This document shows, piece after piece, positions 22,255 through 34,849 of a stretch of 64,000 nt of DNA (positions within the stretch are counted from its first letter, which is position 1; each line of letters opens with the position of its first letter). The notes beneath the pieces are model-generated. The model had not been told where the DNA came from. It searched no databases and was given only the letters and a program-made list of their open reading frames with translations. The position numbers and the translations under genes are program-made. The DNA comes from Hydrolagus colliei (taxonomy: Eukaryota): positions 54,994,001-55,058,000 of the forward strand of contig CM068742.1 in NCBI GenBank assembly GCA_035084275.1, read 5' to 3'.

Positions 22255-22670
22255 CCCAGCAAAGTCAGTCTTACTCTTACCTAAGAGTCAGAAGATTGTG
22301 GATTCAAGCTCTTCCTTGCTGACATTCGAATCCCACGTCAGGAAGAGCTATATTGTCTCTAGTGCCATGCTTCAGATGAGATGTGAAACAAGGTTCCTAT
22401 CTGCTTGTTCAGGTGGACTTTAAAGATCACATAGCACATTCTATGAATCTATGATCTACTCAAAAATAAATGTTTCCCCTGCTGTCCTGGCTAATAATGC
22501 TCAGATAAATTGGTAATTTGCTTCATGGCTGGTTGTGGCACATGACTATGTGCAACTTAACTATTTCATTCACACAGTAACTACACTTTGCAGTAAAGTC
22601 CTGGGAAGCGCTTTGAAGCATACTACTTGACATGAAAGGCATCGGGTATGTCAAATTCAAGGAGTATTAT
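22255..22670 (+). mobile_element. DeuSINE (SacSINE1/AmnSINE1-like), decayed
   Basis: Head ctaagagtcagaagattgtggattcaag. Deu domain ttcagatgagatgtgaaac...ttcaggtggactttaaagatcac...tgtcctggctaat. L2-like tail aagcgctttgaag. Confidence 0.75.
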
Positions 22671-23514
22671 TCTAACTCCCTCTGACTATCAGAAGTAGTT
22701 ATTTGGTTAGTTTAATATGGGTACTGCCGAAGAGGTTCCAGACACTCCTGATGCACTGAAGTGGGACCACCCTCACAGATCGCAAACATGCTAATAGTGA
22801 TGTAAATTAAATCACGTCAACAGTAAACTAAACTATGCAATTAGCATTATTATTCACACTATACTATCAGAGTAACCACTTGGGTAGAAATTCCATCTGA
22901 ATCTAAGTTGACTGTGTTTTCATGACATTTCACAATTTTTAAAATCTGTGTTTAATTAGGATGTTGGTAAATTCTACACAAAATTACAGAAAATGGGCTT
23001 CAAAGTTAAAACTGAATTCGATAATTTGACTAACTCTGAAATGCTATGTTAATAATGTAAATCTAGACTGAGATGGAATTTCTATCCAATAATTTGTTTT
23101 TGGAACTAACACTCTTCCTTCAGTCGCACATATGAAACATTAAACTGCTATGTTCAGGTCATGTAAGCCATATATGTTAATAATAGCATCTATAATGTCA
23201 AAACACCTCAAAAGATTTGAAGCTAATTTTTGTCAAAGAGTAGTGACAACAGTTTATGTAAGCTAATACAACCACACAGCAAAGGCCTATAAAGACCGAT
23301 CATGAGAATGGCTAATTTATGTGAACAATTATTGGTTAGGACACCGGGAGAAACTCCCATTTCCTTTCAAAAAGGTGAATAGGTGAAAGACAATGCAAAT
23401 CAAGAATCTAATGCAATTTTCCTCTCATGAATAATTAGCCTAAACTAAAGAACAATGACCTCATCAGGTTCTGCCCCAAAGGTGAATGCACCAAAATCAT
23501 GCAATCCTGCAGTT

Positions 23515-23845
23515 TATTGTTTAGAGTGCTCGCCTCGGAAGTGGGAGGACCTGGATTTGATTCTCAGCAGGACGAAACATATTTTCATAACTCCACATGT
23601 CTCTGTTTACCTAGCAGTATGTAGGAACCTGGTTGCTAGTCGATTGGTAGATCGCTTTTTCTGGGAGTAAAAATCCAATAAATAAAATACATAATACTAA
23701 TTTGGTCACTTTATCCAAGATTGTTCGTAAGACGCTGCTGTGTGCAAATGGCTGCTGTGTTTCTCCCACAAAACATACAGTCAATCCACGGTATATTCTG
23801 TGAAGCGCATTGAGATGTCTAGAAGACACATGAAGGCGTTATATT
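23515..23845 (+). mobile_element. tRNA-SINE (long, older subfamily)
   Basis: Contains the extra segment tctctgtttacctagcagtatgtaggaacctggttg that is absent from the short subfamily. Confidence 0.78.
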
Positions 23846-24750
23846 GTTAATATGGGAACTGCCAATTATAAAGGAGTCAATCACCACTGTTCAAGTTTCA
23901 AGAGAAAGAAAACAAGCAAGTATGTTTCCCATATTCACAAAATGACACCATATCTGGGAAATGCATTCTCATTGGCTTGACTTCAATACTGTAATTGGAA
24001 AAATCATCAGAAAGGAAATGAAGAAACCTATGTAAAACAACTAATAAATGACAGGCGATATGGATTTTGAGGGGATAGATTTTGCCTCAACAACTTTATG
24101 GACCTTTTGTGATAATATCGTGAATTAATTGTGTAAGTTGTAAATGAAACGCTACTATTCAATGAAAATAATATACTATTTGTATCCTTCATGTAACTGA
24201 GATTAGGTCAAAAATAGATCATTGTACGGGTACTAATTTAAACGGAGTGCTTCATACATCCCACCTCAAACCAGAGATAAAATTATAACCTTTTACTCCA
24301 TGCATTGTCTTTCAAACATACACTGTAGTCTCTATAAAACAAAATCATTTTGAAAATGTAAACACACATTGATTGAAGATTGGAATGCTTGTGTGAGATT
24401 ATCAAAGCAGAAAAAAACTCACAGTACATTTTAATGTGGGAATTATTTGGCAATTGCAAAGTAAAATACAGAGCCACCAAACCCCTTATGCATACTCAAT
24501 GTCAATGGGAATACAAGACACTAGGATCAGTCGATATGGAAATTTTCCGATTTAGATATGTTGATGGGCTCATATCGAGATATACCGATATATCCGGGGG
24601 TTTCGTACTGCGCATGCGCTCGCATTCGGGGTGTGCGTGCATTCGGGGCCTATCTCCTCAGGAGGTAAATATCTCTCTCTCTCTGTGTCTCTCACACTCA
24701 CTCTCTCCATCTCTGTGTTTTTCTGTCTGTGCCTCTGTGTCTCTCTCCTC

Positions 24751-25256
24751 NNNNNNNNNNNNNNNNNNNNNNNNNNNNNNNNNNNNNNNNNNNNNNNNNN
24801 NNNNNNNNNNNNNNNNNNNNNNNNNNNNNNNNNNNNNNNNNNNNNNNNNNNNNNNNNNNNNNNNNNNNNNNNNNNNNNNNNNNNNNNNNNNNNNNNNNNN
24901 NNNNNNNNNNNNNNNNNNNNNNNNNNNNNNNNNNNNNNNNNNNNNNNNNNNNNNNNNNNNNNNNNNNNNNNNNNNNNNNNNNNNNNNNNNNNNNNNNNNN
25001 NNNNNNNNNNNNNNNNNNNNNNNNNNNNNNNNNNNNNNNNNNNNNNNNNNNNNNNNNNNNNNNNNNNNNNNNNNNNNNNNNNNNNNNNNNNNNNNNNNNN
25101 NNNNNNNNNNNNNNNNNNNNNNNNNNNNNNNNNNNNNNNNNNNNNNNNNNNNNNNNNNNNNNNNNNNNNNNNNNNNNNNNNNNNNNNNNNNNNNNNNNNN
25201 NNNNNNNNNNNNNNNNNNNNNNNNNNNNNNNNNNNNNNNNNNNNNNNNNNNNNNNN
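24751..25256. other. Assembly gap (506 N)
   Basis: Run of n. Confidence 1.
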
Positions 25257-25560
25257 TCCCCCCATCTCTACCCCCCCCCCCACCCCGCCGTCTCTCTCTC
25301 CCCCCCACCCCCGTCTCTCTCTACCCCTCCCCCCCCCCGCCGTCTCTCTCCCCCCCCCACACCCCTCCGCCGTCTCTCTCTCCCCACTACCCCCCCGCCG
25401 TCTCTCTCTCCCCCCCACACCCCCACCGTCTCTCTTTCCCCTCCCACCCCCACCCCGCCGTCTCTCTCTCCCCCACCACCCCCCACCACCCCCCACCACG
25501 CCGTCTCTCTCCCCCACCACCCCCAACCCCGCCGTCTCTCTCTCCCCCCCCCCCCCCCCC
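25257..25560 (+). repeat. C-rich minisatellite (~25-30 bp unit, ccccaccccgccgtctctctct); G-quadruplex-prone on the minus strand
   Basis: About 10 repeats of (g)ccgtctctctc separated by C runs. Confidence 0.9.
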
Positions 25561-26014
25561 TCATAGAGATGAGCATTCTGGGTCTTGTAGTTCCGTGCGC
25601 GCGCATTCCGATTTTTTTTGATATATCGATATTGTCTAAATGCCTATATCGGCATATCGATACAAAATTTACATCGGATATAACCAATATATCAATATAT
25701 CGCCGGACCCTACAAGACATTTCCTTTCATTTACATTTTACAGATTATAATTGGGCAGGATCAAACTGTACACACACAATCAACGCGACCATACCCTTAA
25801 AGAGTAAGAAAGTAATTTAAAAACTGTACAGATGTATAGAAGAAAAAAAATCCTTCTAAAATTCTATTTACTTCCACTGAGGAATTTCATTTACTTCTTT
25901 CCTTGGGACTTGCCTCTTAAGGTGTTCAGCCTCTCCAGGGGTGTTTGATACAGGGAGGAACCAGGTGCATTGGGCTAATAATAGTTATCCTTACATTTGC
26001 TGCAGTGCTTTACT

Positions 26015-26054
26015 AGGCGGATCGGGACGAGGCCTTGGACAAGTTTCTTTACTC

Positions 26055-26087
<33 letters not shown>

Positions 26088-26306
26088 ACACCTAATAATA
26101 ATCCATCCAAAGAAAACCCCACAATAATAAAAATTGGTCATTTCAATCCATGACTGTTTGTGGGACACTGCCCTGCACAATTGGCTGCTGTGTTTCGCCC
26201 ACAAGTGTACGTTGGATTCACTTTGCAGTGTGTTCTGTGAAGCGCTTTGAGATGTCGATAAGACATGAAAAGTGCTATATCAAATGCAAGGATGATTATT
26301 ATTATT
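26015..26306 (+). mobile_element. tRNA-SINE with an internal (CA)n microsatellite
   Basis: Family body and tail; the ctccacac motif is expanded to ~17 CA units at ~26055-26090. Confidence 0.88.
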
Positions 26307-27304
26307 ACCACATTTTTGAGATGGCTTGAAGGATTCACTGTAAATTGTTGTGAATGCATATTTATAGCGAATGAGGCAGCCAATTATACCTCTATACCTA
26401 TGTACCTTAATGAGGAAGGATATCATGTTATATGAATATAATCACATCTATATCCAGTGAAATTATTTTGCGAAAAAAATACCTTATTTACTTTCCTCAA
26501 CCTTCAAATATTACAAGAAAATAACAGAATTTCACAAATGTAGTCATTGCAATAAAAGCTCCAGTACAAGCTATCTAGGGAAAAGATAGGCACAGGAAAA
26601 ATGCAAACTGATAAAGCAATTTTTTTCAAAATAGTTAAACTACATCAAAATTCTGGTTATTGGCTGTTTCGAATTAGTAATCTCAATTTGTAAGAAAACT
26701 GTATACACTATACAGTGCACAATTCAATTATTTTTACCAATACCTGTACTGTATTGCAAAGACTTTGCTGTAACAAGGTACAGTATATAGCTGTTATCAC
26801 ATTTGCTTTGATAGAATTGTTGTTCCTTAATTTCAGCATATTGCAGTTAGTGTTATTATTTGCTTGCATATGTTGACATTTTTATTTTTATGGGATGAGA
26901 TGAATGACATTGATGTGCACTGTGTATCCCATTTTTAGGAAATCCCAGTGATGTTTGCAGGTAGCATGATTCAGATCACTTTATCATGTATTAAACCCAG
27001 GAACACTACACATTGGAATTGGAAAAAAGATGCATCTGCAAATAACTGGAGTTCACCATCGACCTTTGGCAAATGCCAAATACAGGAGATTCAAGGGAAG
27101 AGCACTTTGCTAAATTATCTACAGACTGTAAATTCTTCATAGATCGGTCCAGCAATCACTCTTTCTATGGCTTTCAATTTTAATTATGCAATATAAACAA
27201 TGAGAGGTCCATAAATTTGATTCTTTCAGTGTTAATATAATCCGTCCTTTTTGAAATAGTGCTAAAAGCGCTTTACAAGATATTATAATAATCGTTGCAT
27301 TTGA

Positions 27305-28283
27305 AAGCAACAACAACTTTGATTTATATAGCGCTCTCCATGACGGACAGTGTCTCAGAGCGCTGCACAATAATGGATCCAGGGCCCGAGCCATAGGCAG
27401 GGGGAAAAAAGTGACCAAAGACGCGGTTGAAAAGAAAGGTCCAGCTGAGACCTGAAACTAGGAAGAGAGGGGGAAAGGTGAAGGGAGTGAGGAAGGGAGT
27501 TCCAGAGCTTCAGGGCGGAGCGGCTGAAGGCATATCCGCCAATGATGGAGAGGAGGATTCCGGGGACAAGGAGGAGACCAGAACCGGAGGAGCGAAGTAA
27601 ACGGGTGCTGGGTTGGGGAGAGAGGAGGTCAGAGAGCTCGGGGGGTGAAGAGGAGCGGAGAAATTTGAAAACAAGAATGAGGATCTTGAAATCAATCCTC
27701 TCCGGGACAGGGAGCCAGTGAAGCCTGGCAAGGACTGAGGTAATCGGGGAGCAATGTTTGCTGCAGGTGAGAATGTGGTTCTGAATGAGCTGGATTTTAT
27801 GGATTGTGGTGGACAGGAAACCAGCGAGGAGTGCATTTGCGTAGTCCTGCCGAGAGGTGACAAAGGCATGGACCAGAGTTTCAGTTGTTTTGGGGGCAAG
27901 GTATTGCCAGAGACGGGCAATACATCGCAGGTGGAAAGAAGCAGTGCTCATGAGGGACCGCATGTGGGGGAAGAAGGACAGTTGGGAATCAAAGCTGACA
28001 CCTAGGTTGCGTACCAGAGAGTTTGGGGCAGGTCGGGTAGGTGGAGTAGGAGAGAGCCATGTGACTGAAGACAATGGAGAGCCAAAGAGTATGGCTTGTG
28101 TCTTGTCAACATTCAGCTGAAGGAAATTCACACTCACCCAGCTCCTGATGTCTGACAGGCAGGCTGACAAAACATCAGGGGACTGGGGGGTCGCAAAGTG
28201 AGGTGGAAAAATAGAGTTGGGTATCATCCGCATACATCTGGAAGTGTACCCTATGTCTGTGGATGACATCACCAAGAGGGAGC
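27305..28283 (-). mobile_element. L2 LINE 3' fragment, inserted in the tail of a SINE
   Basis: ORF 27355..28275 reads CLSDIRSWVSVNFLQLNVDKT, VRNLGVSFDSQLSF, LVHAFVTSRQDYANALL and LHWLPVPERIDFKIL, the classic L2 ORF2 C-terminus. (CAA)n tail present. Confidence 0.93.
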
Positions 28284-28590
28284 AAAGTGTTTCACAGCAT
28301 ATGCTGGAAAGGGAACTAACTGTTTACCTGGCAGACAATTGCACACAAGTGTCCCACAAACAGTCAGGGATTGAGTGAACAAATTATTATAATTTTTTTA
28401 TTTGAAGGGATTATTACCCACAGCAAAGTGATCCATCAATCGACTAACAACTGAGTTCCTACTTACTGCTAGGTAAACAGAGGCATGTGGAGTAAGGATA
28501 CTTGCCCAACATTTCACGCTGACAGAAATTGGACTCAGGTCCTCTCACTTACAACACGAGTGCTCTAACCACTAAGCTACAGGACTCCAC
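28284..28590 (-). mobile_element. tRNA-SINE (long subfamily); its tail tip lies at ~27283-27302, beyond the L2 insertion
   Basis: ttcctacttactgctaggtaaacagaggcatgtggagtaagg...tgctctaaccactaagctacaggactcc. Confidence 0.83.
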
Positions 28591-29739
28591 ATACACTTTA
28601 AAGTGGGTTACCATGTTTTCTTTTGTGGGTGAAACACATAAGTAGATAATTAATTTTATTTTTGGTAAAATGAAGATAACCCATCTTTCTATGCTATGAA
28701 AATATTCCAGCTGGTTCTATGGCTGACTTCAGTGAATCCACAATCTCAAGATGCAAGTTTGGGGTCCCTGCTCAGGAGGTCAAATCACTTTATTTTCCTG
28801 TGAAATATCTCAACACCAGCTTTCAAATGTCTTGAAAACAACAAAGAATATACTCCACACCCCACCAGTCTCAAAGTACCTTATCTTAGTTGAATTATTT
28901 TATGAAATTAGTTTTTCTTTAATTAATGCTTAGCTGCCATTTGGTGCATTAGCATGCACCATGAAATATGACACTTGTAGAGGAAATAATCCTGTGCTTG
29001 TCTATGTACAGAATATTGATTTTTTTTAATGAAAGGTAAAACAGAAAATATATCTTCACTGTAAAGAATTTCCTTCACTATATAAATTTAGAAAATATAT
29101 GCTCTGCCAGATGGGCATTTCTCCTGAGAGATCACTTAATTGTTTTAATTAATTCTACCCTCTCTAGGCTCATATTTCAGAGTGCTGCTTCTAGAATGAC
29201 ATAGGTTATGGATGTGTTCCAGATTCTCTAATACTTGGTCCCTAAGACTGACACATAATTCAGCAATGCATGTTGATTTTGAGGTGGTCAACTAGCAGTT
29301 TTTAAAAGAACAGTATCCAAACTGGTCCAAAATGCAAATTTCTGTGATAGTGCATGAAATTTGGTCCACAGCTCATCAGTTGAACTGAACAACCAGGTGG
29401 GAGAATATACAAAATAGTGAGAAACTAATTATGAGATTGTTTTGCATATTGACTGAGCTTTTGGTCAACCTTCCCCTCCCCACACCACTCGCCTCCCACC
29501 CCCAGCTCAGGTGCCTTGGGATATTTTCCAAACGTGAAACGCACTCTATAAATGTAAAGTTGCATTTCGGCCAATGTCATTTTTATAGTGGGAAAGAAGA
29601 TATAAAAGTATTAATTCCCATGCTTATTTTGGAAGTCATGCCACTGATTCTCATTGCAATAATAAATAATAATCTGAGCATTTGGTATAACGCTTTTCAC
29701 TTCTACTAGACATCTCAAAGCGCTTCAACCAATGTTAGA

Positions 29740-30065
29740 CTGCTTAGTTAATAGCACTGCTTGTCTCTGAGTCAAAAGATTGTCGGTTTAAACCCTACAT
29801 CAGATAATTGAACTCACAAAGTCTAGGCTGACACTCCAATATAGTGCTGGTACGCAATGCAGTGCTGAGAAGCTATACTTTGGATGAGATATTGAACTAT
29901 CTGTCTGTTCTGATGAATGTGAAATCTCCCATAACATTATTGAAAAACAGATGGGCATTTCTCCGAGTGTCCTTGCCAACAGTCTCCCCACCCCCTATAA
30001 AATTATTCATTTACTTAATGGCTGTTCATGGGACATTGCCTTCTGGAAATCAATTGAAAAATGCT
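29740..30065 (+). mobile_element. DeuSINE, decayed
   Basis: tctgagtcaaaagattgtcggtttaaa, ctaggctgacactcca, tttggatgagatattgaac and ttctccgagtgtccttgccaa. Confidence 0.75.
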
Positions 30066-30607
30066 GCAAAATAATTGAATGCTAATATATTTACAGTAAA
30101 ATGTCAAAAGAATCACTGAACTATGAGTATGATGTTACAAGGGAAAAGTTAATTTGTTCTTTGAAAAAGCTAAGCAACATTTTTTTCTCTTGTACCTTAA
30201 CGAAGATAATCCTTTGTTCATTGAATTGAAGTTTTAAAGAATCAGGATTTTGTGAAAGTATAGGCAACACACAGCGCACCATTTTTAACCTGGAAGAGTT
30301 TAAATGTGTAGCAACCTTATAAAAATATTGAACACCATCAATTACAAGACTCCATTGCATTTATTTTCTTGGAGGTAAACCGGGTATCTGTCACATGTGG
30401 AAACCCATCACCCTGCTTAACAGTATTCAAACCAAACAGAGTTCAATGCATCCCACCTACACATGGAAATTCAAGAGGTGTTAATTGGAGTGGAATGCTC
30501 ACTCTCTCTCTTATTTAATTCCAAATGTATTTTTGACACAGATTAGCAAGAACCAAGCCTTGTGGACGACAGAGTGTGCATTGGGATACTGCTGGAGACT
30601 AAACAGC

Positions 30608-30870
30608 TAATAATAATCCTTGCATCTAGACACAGCGACTCATCACATCTTCTAGACAACTCAAAGTGCTTCACAGGATACACTGTAAAGTGAATTGACT
30701 GTATATTTGTGGGCAAAATGCAGCAGCCAATTGCGCACACCAGTCTCCACAAACAGTCGTGTGTTGAAACGACCAATTTATTATTGTATTTTGAGGGATT
30801 ATTATCAGGTATGTGGAGTAAGGAAAACTGCCCAAGGTTTGCCCTGATCTGACCTGCCGGGAATGAAACC
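30608..30870 (-). mobile_element. tRNA-SINE, 5'-truncated
   Basis: taataataatccttgcatc...gcagccaattgcgcacac...tggagtaaggaaaactgcccaagg. Confidence 0.85.
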
Positions 30871-31514
30871 CATAGTTTACCTTTAACACACTATCTGGCA
30901 AGATTTCCCACTGCTTGTCCAGCTAGGACCACCCTATCTGTTAGGATTTTGGTTTGCAAGGTTACAGGAGCTGAGTTGGGAATATTTCTTGCCTGTAGTC
31001 ACGAGTCCTCGCCTCCAGTCTAGTGAGAGGCCTGCCCTTCCAAGTTAGGCCAATGCATCTTGTTGGCTGAGTTATTTGTCATCAGCATTGTCCTGGACCC
31101 GGTACAACTCCAAGGAGACCCTGTTGACCTCCTTTCCAAGAAGGTCAAAGTAGCTTTACAAACAAACTGCCCATTATGAACAGACAAGTGTCCAACAAAA
31201 ATCATCTGCAAGAAAATAAAGTCTTTCATTCCACCATGCAATTCACTCTTTAGCTTTCTGCCACCATAGTTGGATTCATCATAGATCAGTAATCCATTAC
31301 AATGAATAGTACAGAGAAGACTGAATCATTAATGTTACCATTGAGCAAACAGCAATCAATAATTCAAATAATCTCATAAGATTTTCCAGCCTCCTCTTTC
31401 CTGAGTCAACTGACACTGTCCTCTTCAGGGCAACACGTATCATGATTCAGTGTATAGATTTTTGTTAAACATGTGAATTAGTAGCCGAATATTTAGCCTA
31501 ATACGAAGCCTAAT

Positions 31515-31737
31515 ATTTACTCCACAAGCCTGATAATAATCCATCAATAAAAAACAATAATAAATTGGTCATTTCAATCCACTACTGTTTGTGGGATACT
31601 GTTGTGCACAACTGGCTCGCGATTTGGCCACATATATACCATCAATTCACTTCACAGTGTATTCTGTGAAGCACTTTGAGACGTCCTGAAGACGCGAAAA
31701 GCGCTATATCAAATGCAAGAATTATTATTTTTATTAT
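31515..31737 (+). mobile_element. tRNA-SINE, 5'-truncated
   Basis: Family 3' domain and tail aaaagcgctatatcaaatgcaagaattatt. Confidence 0.87.
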
Positions 31738-33186
31738 AGAATGAAATCCAATGCAAGTATTGTAGCTTCTTTAGGGGTTGTGAATTGTGAAACTGAAATT
31801 TCTTTCCTTTGTTAGCTATCCAGGTTTAATGTTTGCAGGTGTGATGTTTATACTTCTGACCTATACACGTTTTATGGTACAGTATCTGGCATGTTTGCTC
31901 TTTCTTGTCCAATTTTATAGGTTCTGTTTAACCCGAGTTTCCTGCTTCCAGCTACAGTTCAAGGAACTAAACAGTTTGAGACATTAAAGATGCCAAAATA
32001 AATATAACAATTAGGATTTATTAATGCACTTGCATAAATTTGAAATGAAATTGTAGTTTCAGAAAGATTATCAATAGAGAGAAAATTAAATTCTTATTAT
32101 TATCCTTTTATCAGGAAGCTGCATGTCAACACATCCTTTAAAACAGCTGAAGTAACTTGTAATAGATCTTGCAATGCAAAAATTATTCACAGGAATATAT
32201 ATATTCAATGTTTTTGTTAACTGGGAAAAAAACTATCATCTTAGTTTATACAGAATCAATTCATGTTGTTTTTGAACACCATGGAAACAAATCCCTGTTA
32301 AAGATTTTTTTTTGTAGCTAAATAGTTTTCTCTTGAAGAGAACATTATTATAATGATGCAAATATATGTACTCCAATGAAGGGCCAAACAAAAACCTATT
32401 CATTTGCTTGACCTGCTGTGCTTTTCTAGCATTTTCTACTTCACATTCACATGATTCAATATTTATTTTTATAATAACATTCACAATGGTTGTGAATCAA
32501 TTTCGTATTATATATTTTTTTAAATTGACATGTGTACTTTAAATGCATCACTAAGTCAGACAGAACATTTCAATAATCTGTTCACAATCCCTCCAATGGG
32601 GTAGGTTCATGCATAATTCCGAACAAAAGGGAAATTGCGTATAAATGATTTATGTGCTGACCAGGGTTCAGTTGCAACTGCAGAAAGACAGCTAAATTCA
32701 GAAATTAGATAATCGAAGAATCAATTATACCACACATTATCTCAATCATAGGCACCATAACATTGATACCTTAGTTGTAGGTATTTTTGAATCTTAGGTT
32801 GAATCCACCATACCATTCCTCAATTTTTTTCCTATATCACCTTGATTTACCAATGTGTGACACAAAAGTACAAACAGAGAAACTATTGCAGAGCTGTGAG
32901 ATCGATATCCTACTATTGTATTCAGATATGAGCTGTAGCCCACGTGCCTACAGCATATAATAATAAAGGTTTAATTAACTGAGTAATGAATGATACAAAG
33001 CATTCAACGGAAATGCTCTCACTGTTTTGGTCAGCCAGGTATCTGACACGTGTGGAAACCCAATACCAGTTTAGAACTATGCGAAGCAGGCATAATGCCA
33101 CATAGGTATGCCATCTGCACATGGAAGTGTTACTGTTTCTTGAATGAAATATGTCACATTCAATGGAGAGTATGCACACTGGTATA

Positions 33187-34036
33187 CAGGTAAACCACGC
33201 TAACCGAACGCCCCGTTAACGAAAGTTCACTATAATGAGGGTTTCTATTTGTACCACTTATCCACTTTACAAAGGCTGATTTCACTATAACGAATGTTTA
33301 CACGCACTTTAAATCTCGCGGGATTCTCGTGCGCAGCTTCTCATGGGTAGTAACGTCTCTCCCAGTTGCCCCAGCAACACACGCTCAGTCTTTAGCGTGC
33401 CTAGGTTAAGCAGTGCAGCCCCTCCCATATGGGAGGAGCTTAAGCAGCAGGATGCTTTGTGGCTTCAATAACAGTAAGTCGAGGACTGTCTGTATTTTAT
33501 TGTTTATTGTTGTATTTACTAACATTTTTATATTTTATTGTTGTATTTAAAGTTGTGTAGCCTTCAATAGCATTTATATCTAGCTTAGGCCTTCGCTAGT
33601 ACAGGTTGAGCGTCCTGAATTCTGGTCCGTAGCCGAGCCCAGGTTTGGCTATTTCCGGAAAATCAGAACACCAGAAGCACGTCACGTGTCTGGAAATGCC
33701 TGGGCCCAGGTTGCGATATTTCAGTACGGTGACTGTGAAGACCTGGCCTGGAGCAGGTAGGATTGACGTTTTTATTCTTGCAATTTTTGTCACATTCCAG
33801 ATTCCGGAAATCCGGATTTTGGAACTCCGGACTTTTGGCTAATCAACCTGTACACCAAAAATGTTAGCGCTAGGAACCACTCGGAACTAAACTGATTTTA
33901 GTGGGGAGGCTCGGGTCAGGGCAGCGTTTTGGCTGCGGCCAAATACAGTAATATAGTTAAACTCTCACTTAACAAAATTTTTGTTTACCGAAGGGTTTTA
34001 AAGTCCCTAACCTCTCCATTAAGCGGGGTCTACCTG
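33187..34036. mobile_element. Tigger-like non-autonomous element (second family)
   Basis: TIR caggtaaaccacgctaac / ttaagcggggtctacctg; TA TSD. Confidence 0.78.
33602..33850. mobile_element. Tigger-like MITE (CAGGTTGA termini) nested in 33187-34036
   Basis: TIR caggttgagcgtcc / ggctaatcaacctg; TA TSD; internal tccggaa repeats. Confidence 0.78.
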
Positions 34037-34849
34037 TACTTAGTTGTAGGCAGAAATTAGTGCAGGTTAGCAAGCCTTGTGAACCCCAGAGCGTGCATTG
34101 GGATATTGCTGAATTTTAACCAGCTAAAACTGCAAAGCTTACCATTCCAAGCATTGTCTGGCAAGCTTCCTAATGCTTGTCGATCTAGGATCACCCTGCC
34201 CTTAAAGGCTTTGGCTTTCAGGGTTAACAAGAGTCAAATGGGAGGAATCCATGCTCCCATTTCAGTCGACTCCTCTAAGTCCTGCCAATAAACCACAGTT
34301 TTAGAATAGGTGGACAATTATACCCTGTGGAACTCCACATATGTTAAGTTCAGCCTAGGAAACAGAGCAGAGAGCAGGTGGGAAAGAATTTCTCGTGCAG
34401 CACAGCCCTTTCAGCTCACCAGTCTTGACTCATGTTGAATTTTTTTTAATCAAATTGTTTTGGTCGTCTCACAAGAGATTTCTCCTTGAGGAATCTGCTA
34501 AATACTATAAACAGTGCTTTTAAATGCATGCTTAGAAACATTGATGTTTTTTAAAACTAAAAGTTTATTAAGATACTGTATTCGAGAAGCTGAAAACTTG
34601 ATCCTGAGTGGTGCAGACAGATGTGAAGTCGATATTGCTCCCATGCAATTTTCATTAAAAATATAATGAAATACAAGGCTTGCGTAAGAAATCTATTTTT
34701 AGCACTTGATTGTCAGATCACAAGAACACTGCTTCAAAAACATTCCTGCAGATTTTTCATCATTAATAAAACATGATTCAGAAATATTGGGTAAAAGTTT
34801 TAAAAATTGCATGATGCGTTTTTGAATCCAAACAAACCATGCAATTTTT

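Larger units (their letters stand above)
24522..25712. mobile_element. hAT (TAGGG-type) non-autonomous element containing a C-rich minisatellite and the assembly gap
   Basis: TIR taggatcagtcgatat / atatcgccggacccta. TSD caagacac (24514-24521) / caagacat (25713-25720). Subterminal CGATAT/ATATCG repeats. Confidence 0.8.

Noticed and set aside
24380-25820. Long ORFs (413, 363, 318, 311 aa) in the ORF track
   Set aside because: They are artefacts of translating through the N gap and a C-rich minisatellite.
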